Source: a virus | Direction: 5' to 3' (one strand) | Virus record (IMG/VR): IMGVR_UViG_3300029787_004704 | Location: 1-64,000 of that record | DNA length: 64,000 nucleotides | Shown here: in pieces, positions 55,795 through 64,000 of the stretch | How positions within the stretch are numbered: position 1 is the first letter of the stretch | Layout of the letters: each line of letters starts with the position of its first letter | The notes under the pieces: model-generated | What the model saw: the letters and a program-made list of their open reading frames with translations, nothing else | What the model was told of the DNA's origin: nothing | Database searches by the model: none | Made by a program: the position numbers and the translations under genes

Positions 55795-56862
55795 ATGCTA
55801 GAAGTAATCAAACAACTCCTTGACAAAGACCTGGTAAACGAAGAAACTCGTGCCGAAATACAAGAGGCATGGGATCAGAAGTTATCAGAAGTCAAAGAAG
55901 AAGCAAAAACCGAAGTAAGAGAGGAATTTGCAACAAGATACGAGCATGACAAGTCCGTAATGGTAGAAGCAATGGACCGACTAGTCAACGAAGCTCTGCA
56001 AAAAGAAATTGCAGAATTTGTTGAAGATAGAAAACAACTAGCGGCCCAAAGAGTAATGTACAAAAGAGGTGTTAAACCACACATGGAAACACTTCAAAAG
56101 TTTGTTACTCGTCAACTTGCAACTGAAATGGCTGAGTTACAAGCAGATAGAAAATCAATGGCAGAGCAAATTAAAACTCTAGAAGCATTTGTTACATCAA
56201 CACTTGCTAAAGAGCTTAATGAGTTTGAAAGTGATAAACGATCTGTTGTAGAAACTCGCGTAAAACTAGTTAAAGAAGCAAAAGAAAAATTTGCTCAAAT
56301 TAGAAACGCATTCATTAAGAAAGCAAGTAAAATTGTAGAACAAGTAGTAAGTGAGAATATCACTAAAGAGATGACACAATTTAAAGATGACATCAAAACT
56401 GCTAGGGAAAACAATTTTGGACGTAAGATTTTTGAAGCATATACTTCAGAATATCTAACTTCATACCTGCATGAGACTTCTGAAATTCGTAAATTGCAGA
56501 AACAACTCGACGAGACCACAGCACAAGTTGAAGAGAACGAAAAACTTCTTGAGTCTGAGAAAATCGAAAAACATAAGATTGAATCAAGACACAGAAGAGA
56601 TAAAGTTCTTAACGAAATGTTAGGTCCACTTTCAGGTGATAAGAAAGAAGTTATGGGCAATCTGTTAGAAACAGTTCAAACAGACAACCTAAAAACAGCT
56701 TTCACAAAATATCTTCCACACGTAATGAAAGACGCTAAAAAAGCTTCAATCATAAGTGAGTCAAGAACAGAAAAAACAGGCGATAAAACACAGGCAAACA
56801 CACAGGCAAAAGAACAAGACGCGGATGTATTAAGCATTCGTAAATTAGCAGGTATAAACTAA
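55795..56862 (+). CDS. 22: prohead core scaffold (T4 gp22-like)
   Basis: coiled-coil between gp21 and gp23; FGRKIFEA. Confidence 0.8.
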   Translation: MLEVIKQLLDKDLVNEETRAEIQEAWDQKLSEVKEEAKTEVREEFATRYEHDKSVMVEAMDRLVNEALQKEIAEFVEDRKQLAAQRVMYKRGVKPHMETLQKFVTRQLATEMAELQADRKSMAEQIKTLEAFVTSTLAKELNEFESDKRSVVETRVKLVKEAKEKFAQIRNAFIKKASKIVEQVVSENITKEMTQFKDDIKTARENNFGRKIFEAYTSEYLTSYLHETSEIRKLQKQLDETTAQVEENEKLLESEKIEKHKIESRHRRDKVLNEMLGPLSGDKKEVMGNLLETVQTDNLKTAFTKYLPHVMKDAKKASIISESRTEKTGDKTQANTQAKEQDADVLSIRKLAGIN

Positions 56863-56875
56863 GGAGAAACAAAAC

Positions 56876-58051
56876 ATGACATCCCAATTGCTAGAACATA
56901 AATGGCAAGAAACTAAAGGCGCTTTAATGGAAGGCGTTGAAGGTTCTAAAGCCAAAAACTTGGATGTGGTCTTAGAGAATACACGCAAATACTTGTCAGA
57001 GCAGGCAACTTCTGGAGCTACTGGTTCCGGTAACGTTGCAACTCTAAACAGAGTAATTTTGCCTGTAATTCGTAGGGTCATGCCAACAGTGATTGCTAAC
57101 GAGCTAGTAGGTGTACAACCTATGACTGGCCCAGTTGGTCAAATTCACACATTGAGAGTTAGATATGCTGACGCAACTACCGGCGGTGCTACAAACATCG
57201 CAGCTGGTGACGAAGCATTATCACCTTTCAAAATTGCATCATCTTATTCAGGTAACGACAGTGACCCGGCTAAGGGTGCATCAACAGCTACTTTAGAAGG
57301 TACTGCAGGTAACAGATTAAACGTGCAGATCCTAAAACAAGTAGTAGAAGCTAAATCAAGAAAACTATCTGCAAGATGGACTTTTGAAGCGGCTCAAGAC
57401 GCACAAGCACAGCAAGGTGTTGATATTGAAGCAGAAATCATGGCGGCATTAGCTCAAGAGATTACTGCTGAGATCGACCAAGAAATAATCGGCTCTCTAA
57501 GAACATTAGCGGGTTCGGCAGCTGCGGCTTTTGATCAATCTGCTGTTTCAGGTACAGCAACATTCGTTGGTGACGAACATGCGGCTCTAGCTGTACTGAT
57601 CAACCAACAAGCAAACTTAATTGCACAAAGAACAAGACGTGGTGCAGGTAACTATGCTGTTGTTTCATCTGAAGCACTAACAATCTTACAATCTGCTACA
57701 ACTTCAGCGTTTGCTAGATCTACAGAGGGTGTATTTGAAGCACCAACTAACACTAAGTTTGTTGGAACTTTGAACAACTCAATGAGAGTCTACGTAGACG
57801 GTTATGCAGCTACAGGAACAGATGTATTAGTAGGATACAAAGGACCATCAGAAGCAGATGCTCCAGCGTTCTATTGCCCATACATACCGTTAATGAGCTC
57901 AGGCGTTGTACTGGATCCGTCTACATTCGAGCCGGTAGTAAGTTTCTTAACTAGATATGGATACACTGAGTTATCAAACACAGCATCATCTCTAGGTAAT
58001 GCGGCTGACTATCTTGCTAGAATTAGCATCAGTAACGTATCATTCAAATAA
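56876..58051 (+). CDS. 23: major capsid protein (T4 gp23-like)
   Basis: RRVMPTVIANELVGVQPMTGPVGQI, SRKLSARWTFEAAQD, FYCPYIPL, TRYG. Confidence 0.97.
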   Translation: MTSQLLEHKWQETKGALMEGVEGSKAKNLDVVLENTRKYLSEQATSGATGSGNVATLNRVILPVIRRVMPTVIANELVGVQPMTGPVGQIHTLRVRYADATTGGATNIAAGDEALSPFKIASSYSGNDSDPAKGASTATLEGTAGNRLNVQILKQVVEAKSRKLSARWTFEAAQDAQAQQGVDIEAEIMAALAQEITAEIDQEIIGSLRTLAGSAAAAFDQSAVSGTATFVGDEHAALAVLINQQANLIAQRTRRGAGNYAVVSSEALTILQSATTSAFARSTEGVFEAPTNTKFVGTLNNSMRVYVDGYAATGTDVLVGYKGPSEADAPAFYCPYIPLMSSGVVLDPSTFEPVVSFLTRYGYTELSNTASSLGNAADYLARISISNVSFK

Positions 58052-58066
58052 TTTTATTTGAATACT

Positions 58067-58094
58067 AGAAGGGGGGCCATTGTGCCCCTCTTCT
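58067..58094 (+). terminator. intrinsic terminator after the major capsid gene
   Basis: AGAAGGGGGGC-CATTGT-GCCCCTCTTCT stem. Confidence 0.7.
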
Positions 58095-58127
58095 CTTGAG
58101 TTCAGTATACTTCAATAAATACTTCAT

Positions 58128-60536
58128 ATGAAGATTATCCAAGGACAGGAAAAAGTAATTCTACGAGCAGTTTCGCCGGACGGGGGAACTACATCAGGAG
58201 ATTTGTTAACAGCTTTTGCAGAAGATAGTGGCACAACAGGTATTAGAATTTCCAATCTAGAAGTAGAAACACAAACAACACTTAACAGCACAACAACCAC
58301 AATTGAAGATTCGTTTTTAGAAGTAAACAGAAATAATTCAACAGCAGACAGTGAAGATTCAGGAATATTTTTCAATAGAGGATCTGTTGATCATGCACTA
58401 TTATATTGGGACGCAGGTGATGATAATTTTGTAGTAGGGACTACAACACATGAATCAACAGTAACAGCAATTTCAAATGTTACTCTCGGACAACTCAAAG
58501 TTGCCACAACCCCAAGTCATGCAAATCATGCCGCAAGTAAAAGTTATGTTGATTCAAAAACAATCACAGTAGCAGGAGACAACAGTGCGGCTATCACAAT
58601 AGATTTTGATGATGCAGAATTAGTATTATCAGGAGGAACTAGTATAACCACTGCCACCACAGCAGGAGGTAACGCTTTTGAGATAAGTGTTGATGCCGCA
58701 ATGACAGGAATCAACTCAATAACATCAGCCTCGGCTGAAAATATTACATTAGTAGCACAAAGTAATTTGATTGTGATCGACGATACAATCACATTTAATT
58801 CACAATTAGCATCAGATCCAAGTGCGGCAAGCATTGCCAAACTGTATGCTAAATCTCCTTCAATAGGCGGCACAGGATTATACGTAATTCATAGTGGTGT
58901 CAATGGTGGCGAATCGACAGAGATTATGGGTCAAACAAGTAACAATCTAGTTGTGTTTGGAGATGACTCAACTACAATGGAAATTTTGATTCCAGATGTT
59001 CCTTTGACTGTAAGTGGAGGTAACAGCATAACAACTTCTACTTCAAGTACACAAACTTTGACAGTAGCATTAGACAATCAGATTTTTGTAAATGAAATAT
59101 CATCAAACGACTCAACAGGCGTTACTCTCAAGGATGATTTATTATTAGCAGGAACGTTGAGAGCCGAAGATTCTACTAACATAAGTGTTGATGGAGGTAT
59201 GCAGATTAGTGGTGTGGTTACTGGATTAACTATAGAAGCAACAGGTGACACAGCGGCCAATGACAATGCCGCAATGGGATATACAGCCGCAGAAGGTTTG
59301 ATATTGACTGGACAAGGATCTACAAATGATGTAACAATTAAAAATGATGCTGATGCTGATGTAATTGAAATACCAACTGGTACAACCAATGTAACTATTG
59401 CAGGAACACTAGGAACAGGTGGATCTATTACTGCTACAGGCTCATTCATAATTGGCTCAGCTGACATGAACGAGGCCGACCTTGAAAAATTAGACGGAAT
59501 CACAAACGGTACAGTAGCGGCATCCAAAGCAGTTGTTGTAGATGCAGACAAAGATGCATCAGGATTTAGAAACGTTACAGCAACTGGTTCATTCATAATT
59601 GGCTCAGCTGATATGAACGAAACTGATCTAGAAAAACTAGACGGAATCACAAACGGCACAGTGGCGGCAAACAAAGCAGTTGTAGTTGATGCCTCGAAAG
59701 ACATCGGCACATTTGGAACAATTACTGGCAGTGCTTTAGTAGTTGAAACTATATCTTCAGCAGACTCAACCAGTGTATTTTTTAATGATGGGATTACCAT
59801 AGCAGGCTCGATCAAAGCAGATGATTCTGCTACAATTAATATTGATGATGGACTTGACGTCGAAGGTGCTGTAACTTTAGGTTCAACAGTATCGCTAGGT
59901 GACACTATGAGTATACCTGATTCTGTCAAAATATTGTTTGGTACAGGTAATGATTTAGAAATTTTCCATGATGGTACTGATAGTGTTATTAAAGATGGCG
60001 GAGCTGGCTCACTTGAAATTAGAGCCACAGATTTAAAAATTAACAACAGTGCTAACAATCACAATATGATCAAAGCAATTGATGGTGGTACTGTTGAACT
60101 TTATCATAATAATGTTAAAAAAATAGAAACCACTGCTACTGGCGTCACAGTGACAGGCGGAATAACATCTTCAGGGGCAACCATAATGACACCAGTAGAT
60201 GATTTAGCAACATCAACCACTGCTTTGTCATTGACTGCAACAGTTCATTCACTTGCAGTAGGTGAAGCCAATTACACTTTGGCCGCAGGTACAGAAGGAC
60301 AAATTATGCACTTTGTGATTGCAGGCGGCGACTCTGTGATAGGTAATGTTGCAAACACAACTGTGACAATATCTCAGGTTAGAGACCCAGATGATGGAGA
60401 TGTGTTGGCCACTTATGCATGGAGTCCATTTATAGGAAATCAAGCAGGCGATTCAACAACACCTAAACGTACACTGGCAACCTGTGTGTTTGCCAATGGT
60501 GCTTGGAACCTAGATCAATATAACGATATCACATAA
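58128..60536 (+). CDS. repeat-rich virion structural / tail fibre-like protein
   Basis: TAAATA 6 nt before ATG; T/S/G/D-rich beta repeats, 49-aa tandem duplication. Confidence 0.75.
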   Translation: MKIIQGQEKVILRAVSPDGGTTSGDLLTAFAEDSGTTGIRISNLEVETQTTLNSTTTTIEDSFLEVNRNNSTADSEDSGIFFNRGSVDHALLYWDAGDDNFVVGTTTHESTVTAISNVTLGQLKVATTPSHANHAASKSYVDSKTITVAGDNSAAITIDFDDAELVLSGGTSITTATTAGGNAFEISVDAAMTGINSITSASAENITLVAQSNLIVIDDTITFNSQLASDPSAASIAKLYAKSPSIGGTGLYVIHSGVNGGESTEIMGQTSNNLVVFGDDSTTMEILIPDVPLTVSGGNSITTSTSSTQTLTVALDNQIFVNEISSNDSTGVTLKDDLLLAGTLRAEDSTNISVDGGMQISGVVTGLTIEATGDTAANDNAAMGYTAAEGLILTGQGSTNDVTIKNDADADVIEIPTGTTNVTIAGTLGTGGSITATGSFIIGSADMNEADLEKLDGITNGTVAASKAVVVDADKDASGFRNVTATGSFIIGSADMNETDLEKLDGITNGTVAANKAVVVDASKDIGTFGTITGSALVVETISSADSTSVFFNDGITIAGSIKADDSATINIDDGLDVEGAVTLGSTVSLGDTMSIPDSVKILFGTGNDLEIFHDGTDSVIKDGGAGSLEIRATDLKINNSANNHNMIKAIDGGTVELYHNNVKKIETTATGVTVTGGITSSGATIMTPVDDLATSTTALSLTATVHSLAVGEANYTLAAGTEGQIMHFVIAGGDSVIGNVANTTVTISQVRDPDDGDVLATYAWSPFIGNQAGDSTTPKRTLATCVFANGAWNLDQYNDIT
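59431..59703 (+). repeat. 147-bp tandem duplication (49 aa)
   Basis: TCATTCATAATTGGCTCAG at 59442 and 59589; encodes GSFIIGSADMNE.DLEKLDGITNGTVAA.KAVVVDA. Confidence 0.9.
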
Positions 60537-60594
60537 TATCCCCCATAATAGATAACCCGGCCAACGAGTTGCTTTGGATTAAATACACTCATAC

Positions 60595-63500
60595 ATGACC
60601 AAACAACGTATTCAAATAGGTGCTATTAACTCTGGATCCGGCGATACCTTAAGAGCCGCGATGATAAAAATCAATAACAACTTTGATGAGTTGTATGATT
60701 TACAGGGACAAGACTCTAGTGGTCAGGGCATTGATATAAATGGAAACACAATCACATCAAATTTTGAAGACACTGACATAACATTATCACCAAACGGCAC
60801 AGGTGACATTGTAATGGATGGTGATCTTGTTGTTACTGTTATAAAATCAGATGATTCTACAGAAGTTAAAATAAGTGATTCATTGAACGTCACAGGCACA
60901 GTGACAGCAACAGCATTTGTTGGTGATGGATCAGGACTTACAGGAGTAAGTGGTAGTGGTGGTGGCGGCGGTGACTCTACAGAAGTTTACACAAATATTT
61001 TAAGATCAAATGACTCCACTGCTATCCAAGTTGCAGACAATTTAGTACCAACAGCAGATGACACTTTCAGTTTAGGTACAGCAGACAAAAAATGGTCAGC
61101 AGTGCATGTTTCCGGAGGCACTATATTCTTAGGAAACTTACAGATCAAAGATTCAGGATCAAATTCATTACAAATTTTAAGGTCAGACGGGTCTACTACG
61201 GCGGCAGTTGAATCTACAAGCACAACATTGAATGTTGTAGGTGATGACTCCACTGACATGGAAATTGTAGTTGGCACAGATAGATTACATTTCCAAGGTG
61301 GCACAAACATTGAAACATCCACAGACAGTGGTGCACAACTTACAATATCTACAAGTAACACTCCAACATTCAGTGGCACAGTCACAGCAGGTGGATTAAC
61401 AATTGGATCAGCAGTAATTAATGAAGCAGAACTAGAAACTATTGATGGTGTCACAGCAGGCACTGTGGCAGCTTCCAAAGCAGTGATTGTTGATGCCAAC
61501 AAAGACGCGGCATCATTTAGAAACATTACTGCCACTGGTGCAGTAACAGGTGGCTCTTTTGTAATTGGATCTGCAGACATTAGTGAAGCAGATCTAGAAA
61601 AACTAGATGGAATAACAAATGGAACTGCCGCGGCAAATAAAGCAATAGTAGCTGATGGCAACATTGATGTTACTGCAATTAGAAATCTTACACTAACAGG
61701 AAACATACAGGTTGGTGGCGACATGACTGTGAGTGGCACAACTACATCAGTCAACACAACAAATTTAGAAATATCAGATGCACTATTAGAACTAAACAAA
61801 AATAACTCAGGTGGTGCAGATACTGATGCTGGACTATTAATACAAAGAGGATCTGCAGGCAACAATGCCGCGTTTTATTGGAATGAAGGTGCTGACAAAT
61901 TCAAAGCAGTATTAACCACATCGGCAGCCACAGCAAGTGCAGTCACTGACTCAAGCACAGCAACCATTGTTGCAAATCTTGAAGGAGCAGTAACAGGCAA
62001 TGCCGACACAGCAACAGCTTTAGCCACAGCAAGGAATATTGGTGGTGTTAGTTTTGACGGTACTGGAAATATAAATTTACCTGGTGTAAACACTGCCGGT
62101 GACCAAGACACAAGTGGAACTGCCGCAATAGCAACTAAGATTATAGTAACTGATAACGAAAGTACAAATGAAAATAATGTAATTTTGTTTGCGTCTAGCG
62201 TAGGTGATTCGAGTACTGCAAGTGGAAGTGGCGTAGAATCTGATGGTAACATGACATACAATCCCAGCACAGGCAAAATCACTGCTACTGGATTTATAGG
62301 TGCTGTAACTGGTGATGTTACAGGTGATGTTACAGGTAATGCCGACACAGCAACAGCTTTAGCCACAGCAAGAACAATAGGTGGTGTGTCATTTGATGGC
62401 ACAGGAAATATTAACTTGCCAGGAGTTAACACTGCTGGTAACCAAAATACAAGTGGAACAGCCGCGATAGCAACCCTTGTAACAGTAACTGACAACGAAA
62501 ACACAAATGAAGAAAATGTTGTTACATTCGTTGCTGGTGCAGATGCAGATGGTGGCAATGTTGGCCTTGAGTCAGATGGAAACTTTACATATAATCCAAG
62601 CACAGGGGCAGTAACAGCAACAAAATTCAAAGGTGATGGATCAGAACTTACTGGAATAAGCGGTGGTGGTGGATCAAGCACATTGAACGTTGTTGGTGAT
62701 GATTCAACTGACATGGAAATTACGCTTGGAACAGATAGATTATATTTCCAAGGTGGCACAAATATTTCAACGTCAACAGACAGTGGGGCACAACTAACAA
62801 TTACTGTTGCTGATGCTCCAACATTTAGTGGTGCAGTCACTGCCGCTGGATTTACAATAGGCAGTGCCGCTATTAACGAATCGGAACTTGAAACAATTGA
62901 TGGTGTCACAGCAGGTACTGTGGCCGCAAGTAAAGCTGTCGTAGTTGACTCGAACAAAGATGCAACAGGATTTAGAAACGTTACAGGCACAGGAGATGTC
63001 GAAGGTGCAAGTTTAACTGTTACAAGTGGCGTTGCCATTACAGCATCAAGTGGCGATGTTACTGTTGCGAATGCAACATCAAATAAAGATTTAATATTCA
63101 CAGTAAATGATGGTGGCTCTGCTACTGAGGTAATGAGATTAGATGGTGATGTGTCAGCATTATTAGTGGCGTCTGGGAAAGAATTGAGATTTGCAGACTC
63201 CGGAGAAAAAATATCAGGTGACGGCACTGACTTAACCATTGCATCAGGAGCCAAAATAAACCTAACAGCAACATCGGATGTTGTTGTTCCAGCTAACGTA
63301 GGAATTACATTTGGCACTGGCGAAAAAATTGAAGGCGACAACACAGACTTAACTATTACTTCAGGTGCTAAAATTAATTTGGCAGCTACTTCAGATGTAC
63401 ATATTCCAAATGATGTTGGTATTGTGTTTGGTGGAGATTCAGAAAAAATTGAAGGAGATGGAACGGACTTAGTCATATCTGCAAATAATTTAACAGTTGA

Positions 63501-64000
63501 CGCGGCCGCTGATATAATTTTAGACGCAGGTGGCAATGACTTCCAATTCAAAGCAGGTGGCACTCACATATTAAGCATTGTGAATTCATCTAGTGATGTC
63601 ATAATCAAACCTATCGCTGATGCAAAAGATATAATATTGCAACAAAGAGATGGCACAGAAGTTGCTCGCGTTGAAGACAACGGAACATTCAATATTGTCA
63701 CAGACAAATTAGCAATAAATGGCACAGCGGTTACATCAACTGCCGCAGAGTTAAATTTTGTTGATGGCAGTACAGCAGGCACTGTGGTGGCATCTAAAGC
63801 AGTGGTTGTCGATTCAAACAAAGATGCTGGAGACTTCCGTAACTTAACTGGAGTAACTTTAAAAGGAACAACTTCATTACAAACACCATTGATTGAATTC
63901 ACTGATGGCGACAATGCAATTACTATTGCAAATGGAGGTGGTATTACTGCTAATACAAGTTTAACATTGGCAAGTGGTGCAACTGTTACAGCAATACTTG
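60595..64000 (+). CDS. large tail fibre/baseplate-attached protein, truncated by window end (not in ORF track)
   Basis: MTKQRIQIGAINSGSGDTLRAAMIKINNNFDELY N-terminal anchor motif; TAAATA at 60580; no stop seen before 64000. Confidence 0.8.
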   Translation, partial: MTKQRIQIGAINSGSGDTLRAAMIKINNNFDELYDLQGQDSSGQGIDINGNTITSNFEDTDITLSPNGTGDIVMDGDLVVTVIKSDDSTEVKISDSLNVTGTVTATAFVGDGSGLTGVSGSGGGGGDSTEVYTNILRSNDSTAIQVADNLVPTADDTFSLGTADKKWSAVHVSGGTIFLGNLQIKDSGSNSLQILRSDGSTTAAVESTSTTLNVVGDDSTDMEIVVGTDRLHFQGGTNIETSTDSGAQLTISTSNTPTFSGTVTAGGLTIGSAVINEAELETIDGVTAGTVAASKAVIVDANKDAASFRNITATGAVTGGSFVIGSADISEADLEKLDGITNGTAAANKAIVADGNIDVTAIRNLTLTGNIQVGGDMTVSGTTTSVNTTNLEISDALLELNKNNSGGADTDAGLLIQRGSAGNNAAFYWNEGADKFKAVLTTSAATASAVTDSSTATIVANLEGAVTGNADTATALATARNIGGVSFDGTGNINLPGVNTAGDQDTSGTAAIATKIIVTDNESTNENNVILFASSVGDSSTASGSGVESDGNMTYNPSTGKITATGFIGAVTGDVTGDVTGNADTATALATARTIGGVSFDGTGNINLPGVNTAGNQNTSGTAAIATLVTVTDNENTNEENVVTFVAGADADGGNVGLESDGNFTYNPSTGAVTATKFKGDGSELTGISGGGGSSTLNVVGDDSTDMEITLGTDRLYFQGGTNISTSTDSGAQLTITVADAPTFSGAVTAAGFTIGSAAINESELETIDGVTAGTVAASKAVVVDSNKDATGFRNVTGTGDVEGASLTVTSGVAITASSGDVTVANATSNKDLIFTVNDGGSATEVMRLDGDVSALLVASGKELRFADSGEKISGDGTDLTIASGAKINLTATSDVVVPANVGITFGTGEKIEGDNTDLTITSGAKINLAATSDVHIPNDVGIVFGGDSEKIEGDGTDLVISANNLTVDAAADIILDAGGNDFQFKAGGTHILSIVNSSSDVIIKPIADAKDIILQQRDGTEVARVEDNGTFNIVTDKLAINGTAVTSTAAELNFVDGSTAGTVVASKAVVVDSNKDAGDFRNLTGVTLKGTTSLQTPLIEFTDGDNAITIANGGGITANTSLTLASGATVTAIL
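61225..62990 (+). repeat. ~310-bp module repeated at 1455-bp spacing (61225-61535 and 62680-62990)
   Basis: TLNVVGDDSTDMEI..GTDRL.FQGGTNI.TSTDSGAQLTI...INE.ELETIDGVTAGTVAASKAV in both copies. Confidence 0.85.
61990..62629 (+). repeat. 339-bp tandem duplication (113 aa)
   Basis: GCCGACACAGCAACAGCTTTAGCCACAGCAAG at 62002 and 62341. Confidence 0.9.

Noticed and set aside
59078-63914. Long minus-strand ORFs (326, 292, 562, 116 aa)
   Set aside because: Antisense shadows of the plus-strand fibre genes; the real gene from 60595 is missing from the track only because it has no stop in the window.
1-64000. Bacterial chromosome or LPS locus interpretation; CRISPR array; DGR/retron; stop-codon recoding
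   Set aside because: Host-like genes are interleaved with T4-like core genes and late promoters; no spaced repeats or reverse transcriptase seen; genes end normally with TAA, TAG and TGA.

Overview
This is a 64-kb segment of a large T4-like (myovirus-type) dsDNA phage genome, probably aquatic. An alphaproteobacterial host is suggested (inference) by its FdxA, SufE, KdsA, DctP and DUF6614 homologues. Left to right: (i) 1-13.8 kb, accessory genes (FkbM, 2OG-Fe(II) oxygenases, SGNH-like proteins, peroxiredoxin, signal-less DctP, B12 radical SAM, GT10-like paralogues, UDP-sugar dehydrogenase, YqgE) and one tRNA-Thr(UGU); (ii) 13.9-33 kb, replication and nucleotide genes (two separate minimal DnaE-like genes, gp41 helicase, Dam-like methylase, primase, SpeD, MazG, SufE, ThyX, FdxA, gp62-like, KdsA, UvsW); (iii) 36-44.8 kb, a tightly packed glycan-biosynthesis operon; (iv) 44.8-47.7 kb, GIY-YIG, DUF1415-like, ATE/Bpt-like and DUF6614 genes plus a ~330-nt highly structured intergenic element; (v) 47.7-64 kb, morphogenesis (gp26-like, tape-measure-like, portal gp20, core, gp21, gp22, gp23, then repeat-rich tail/fibre proteins, the last running off the window). 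Best leads: a candidate virion O-glycosylation system (Maf-like transferase inside the head module, Kdo/GT genes, recurrent D-S-[S/T] motifs in structural proteins); an unannotated -1 frameshift at the end of the gp26-like gene next to the tape-measure-like gene; the structured RNA candidate; a tRNA that also encodes the C-terminal helix of an SGNH protein; and ultra-minimal Pol III alpha genes. All family calls come from motif recognition, not database searches.
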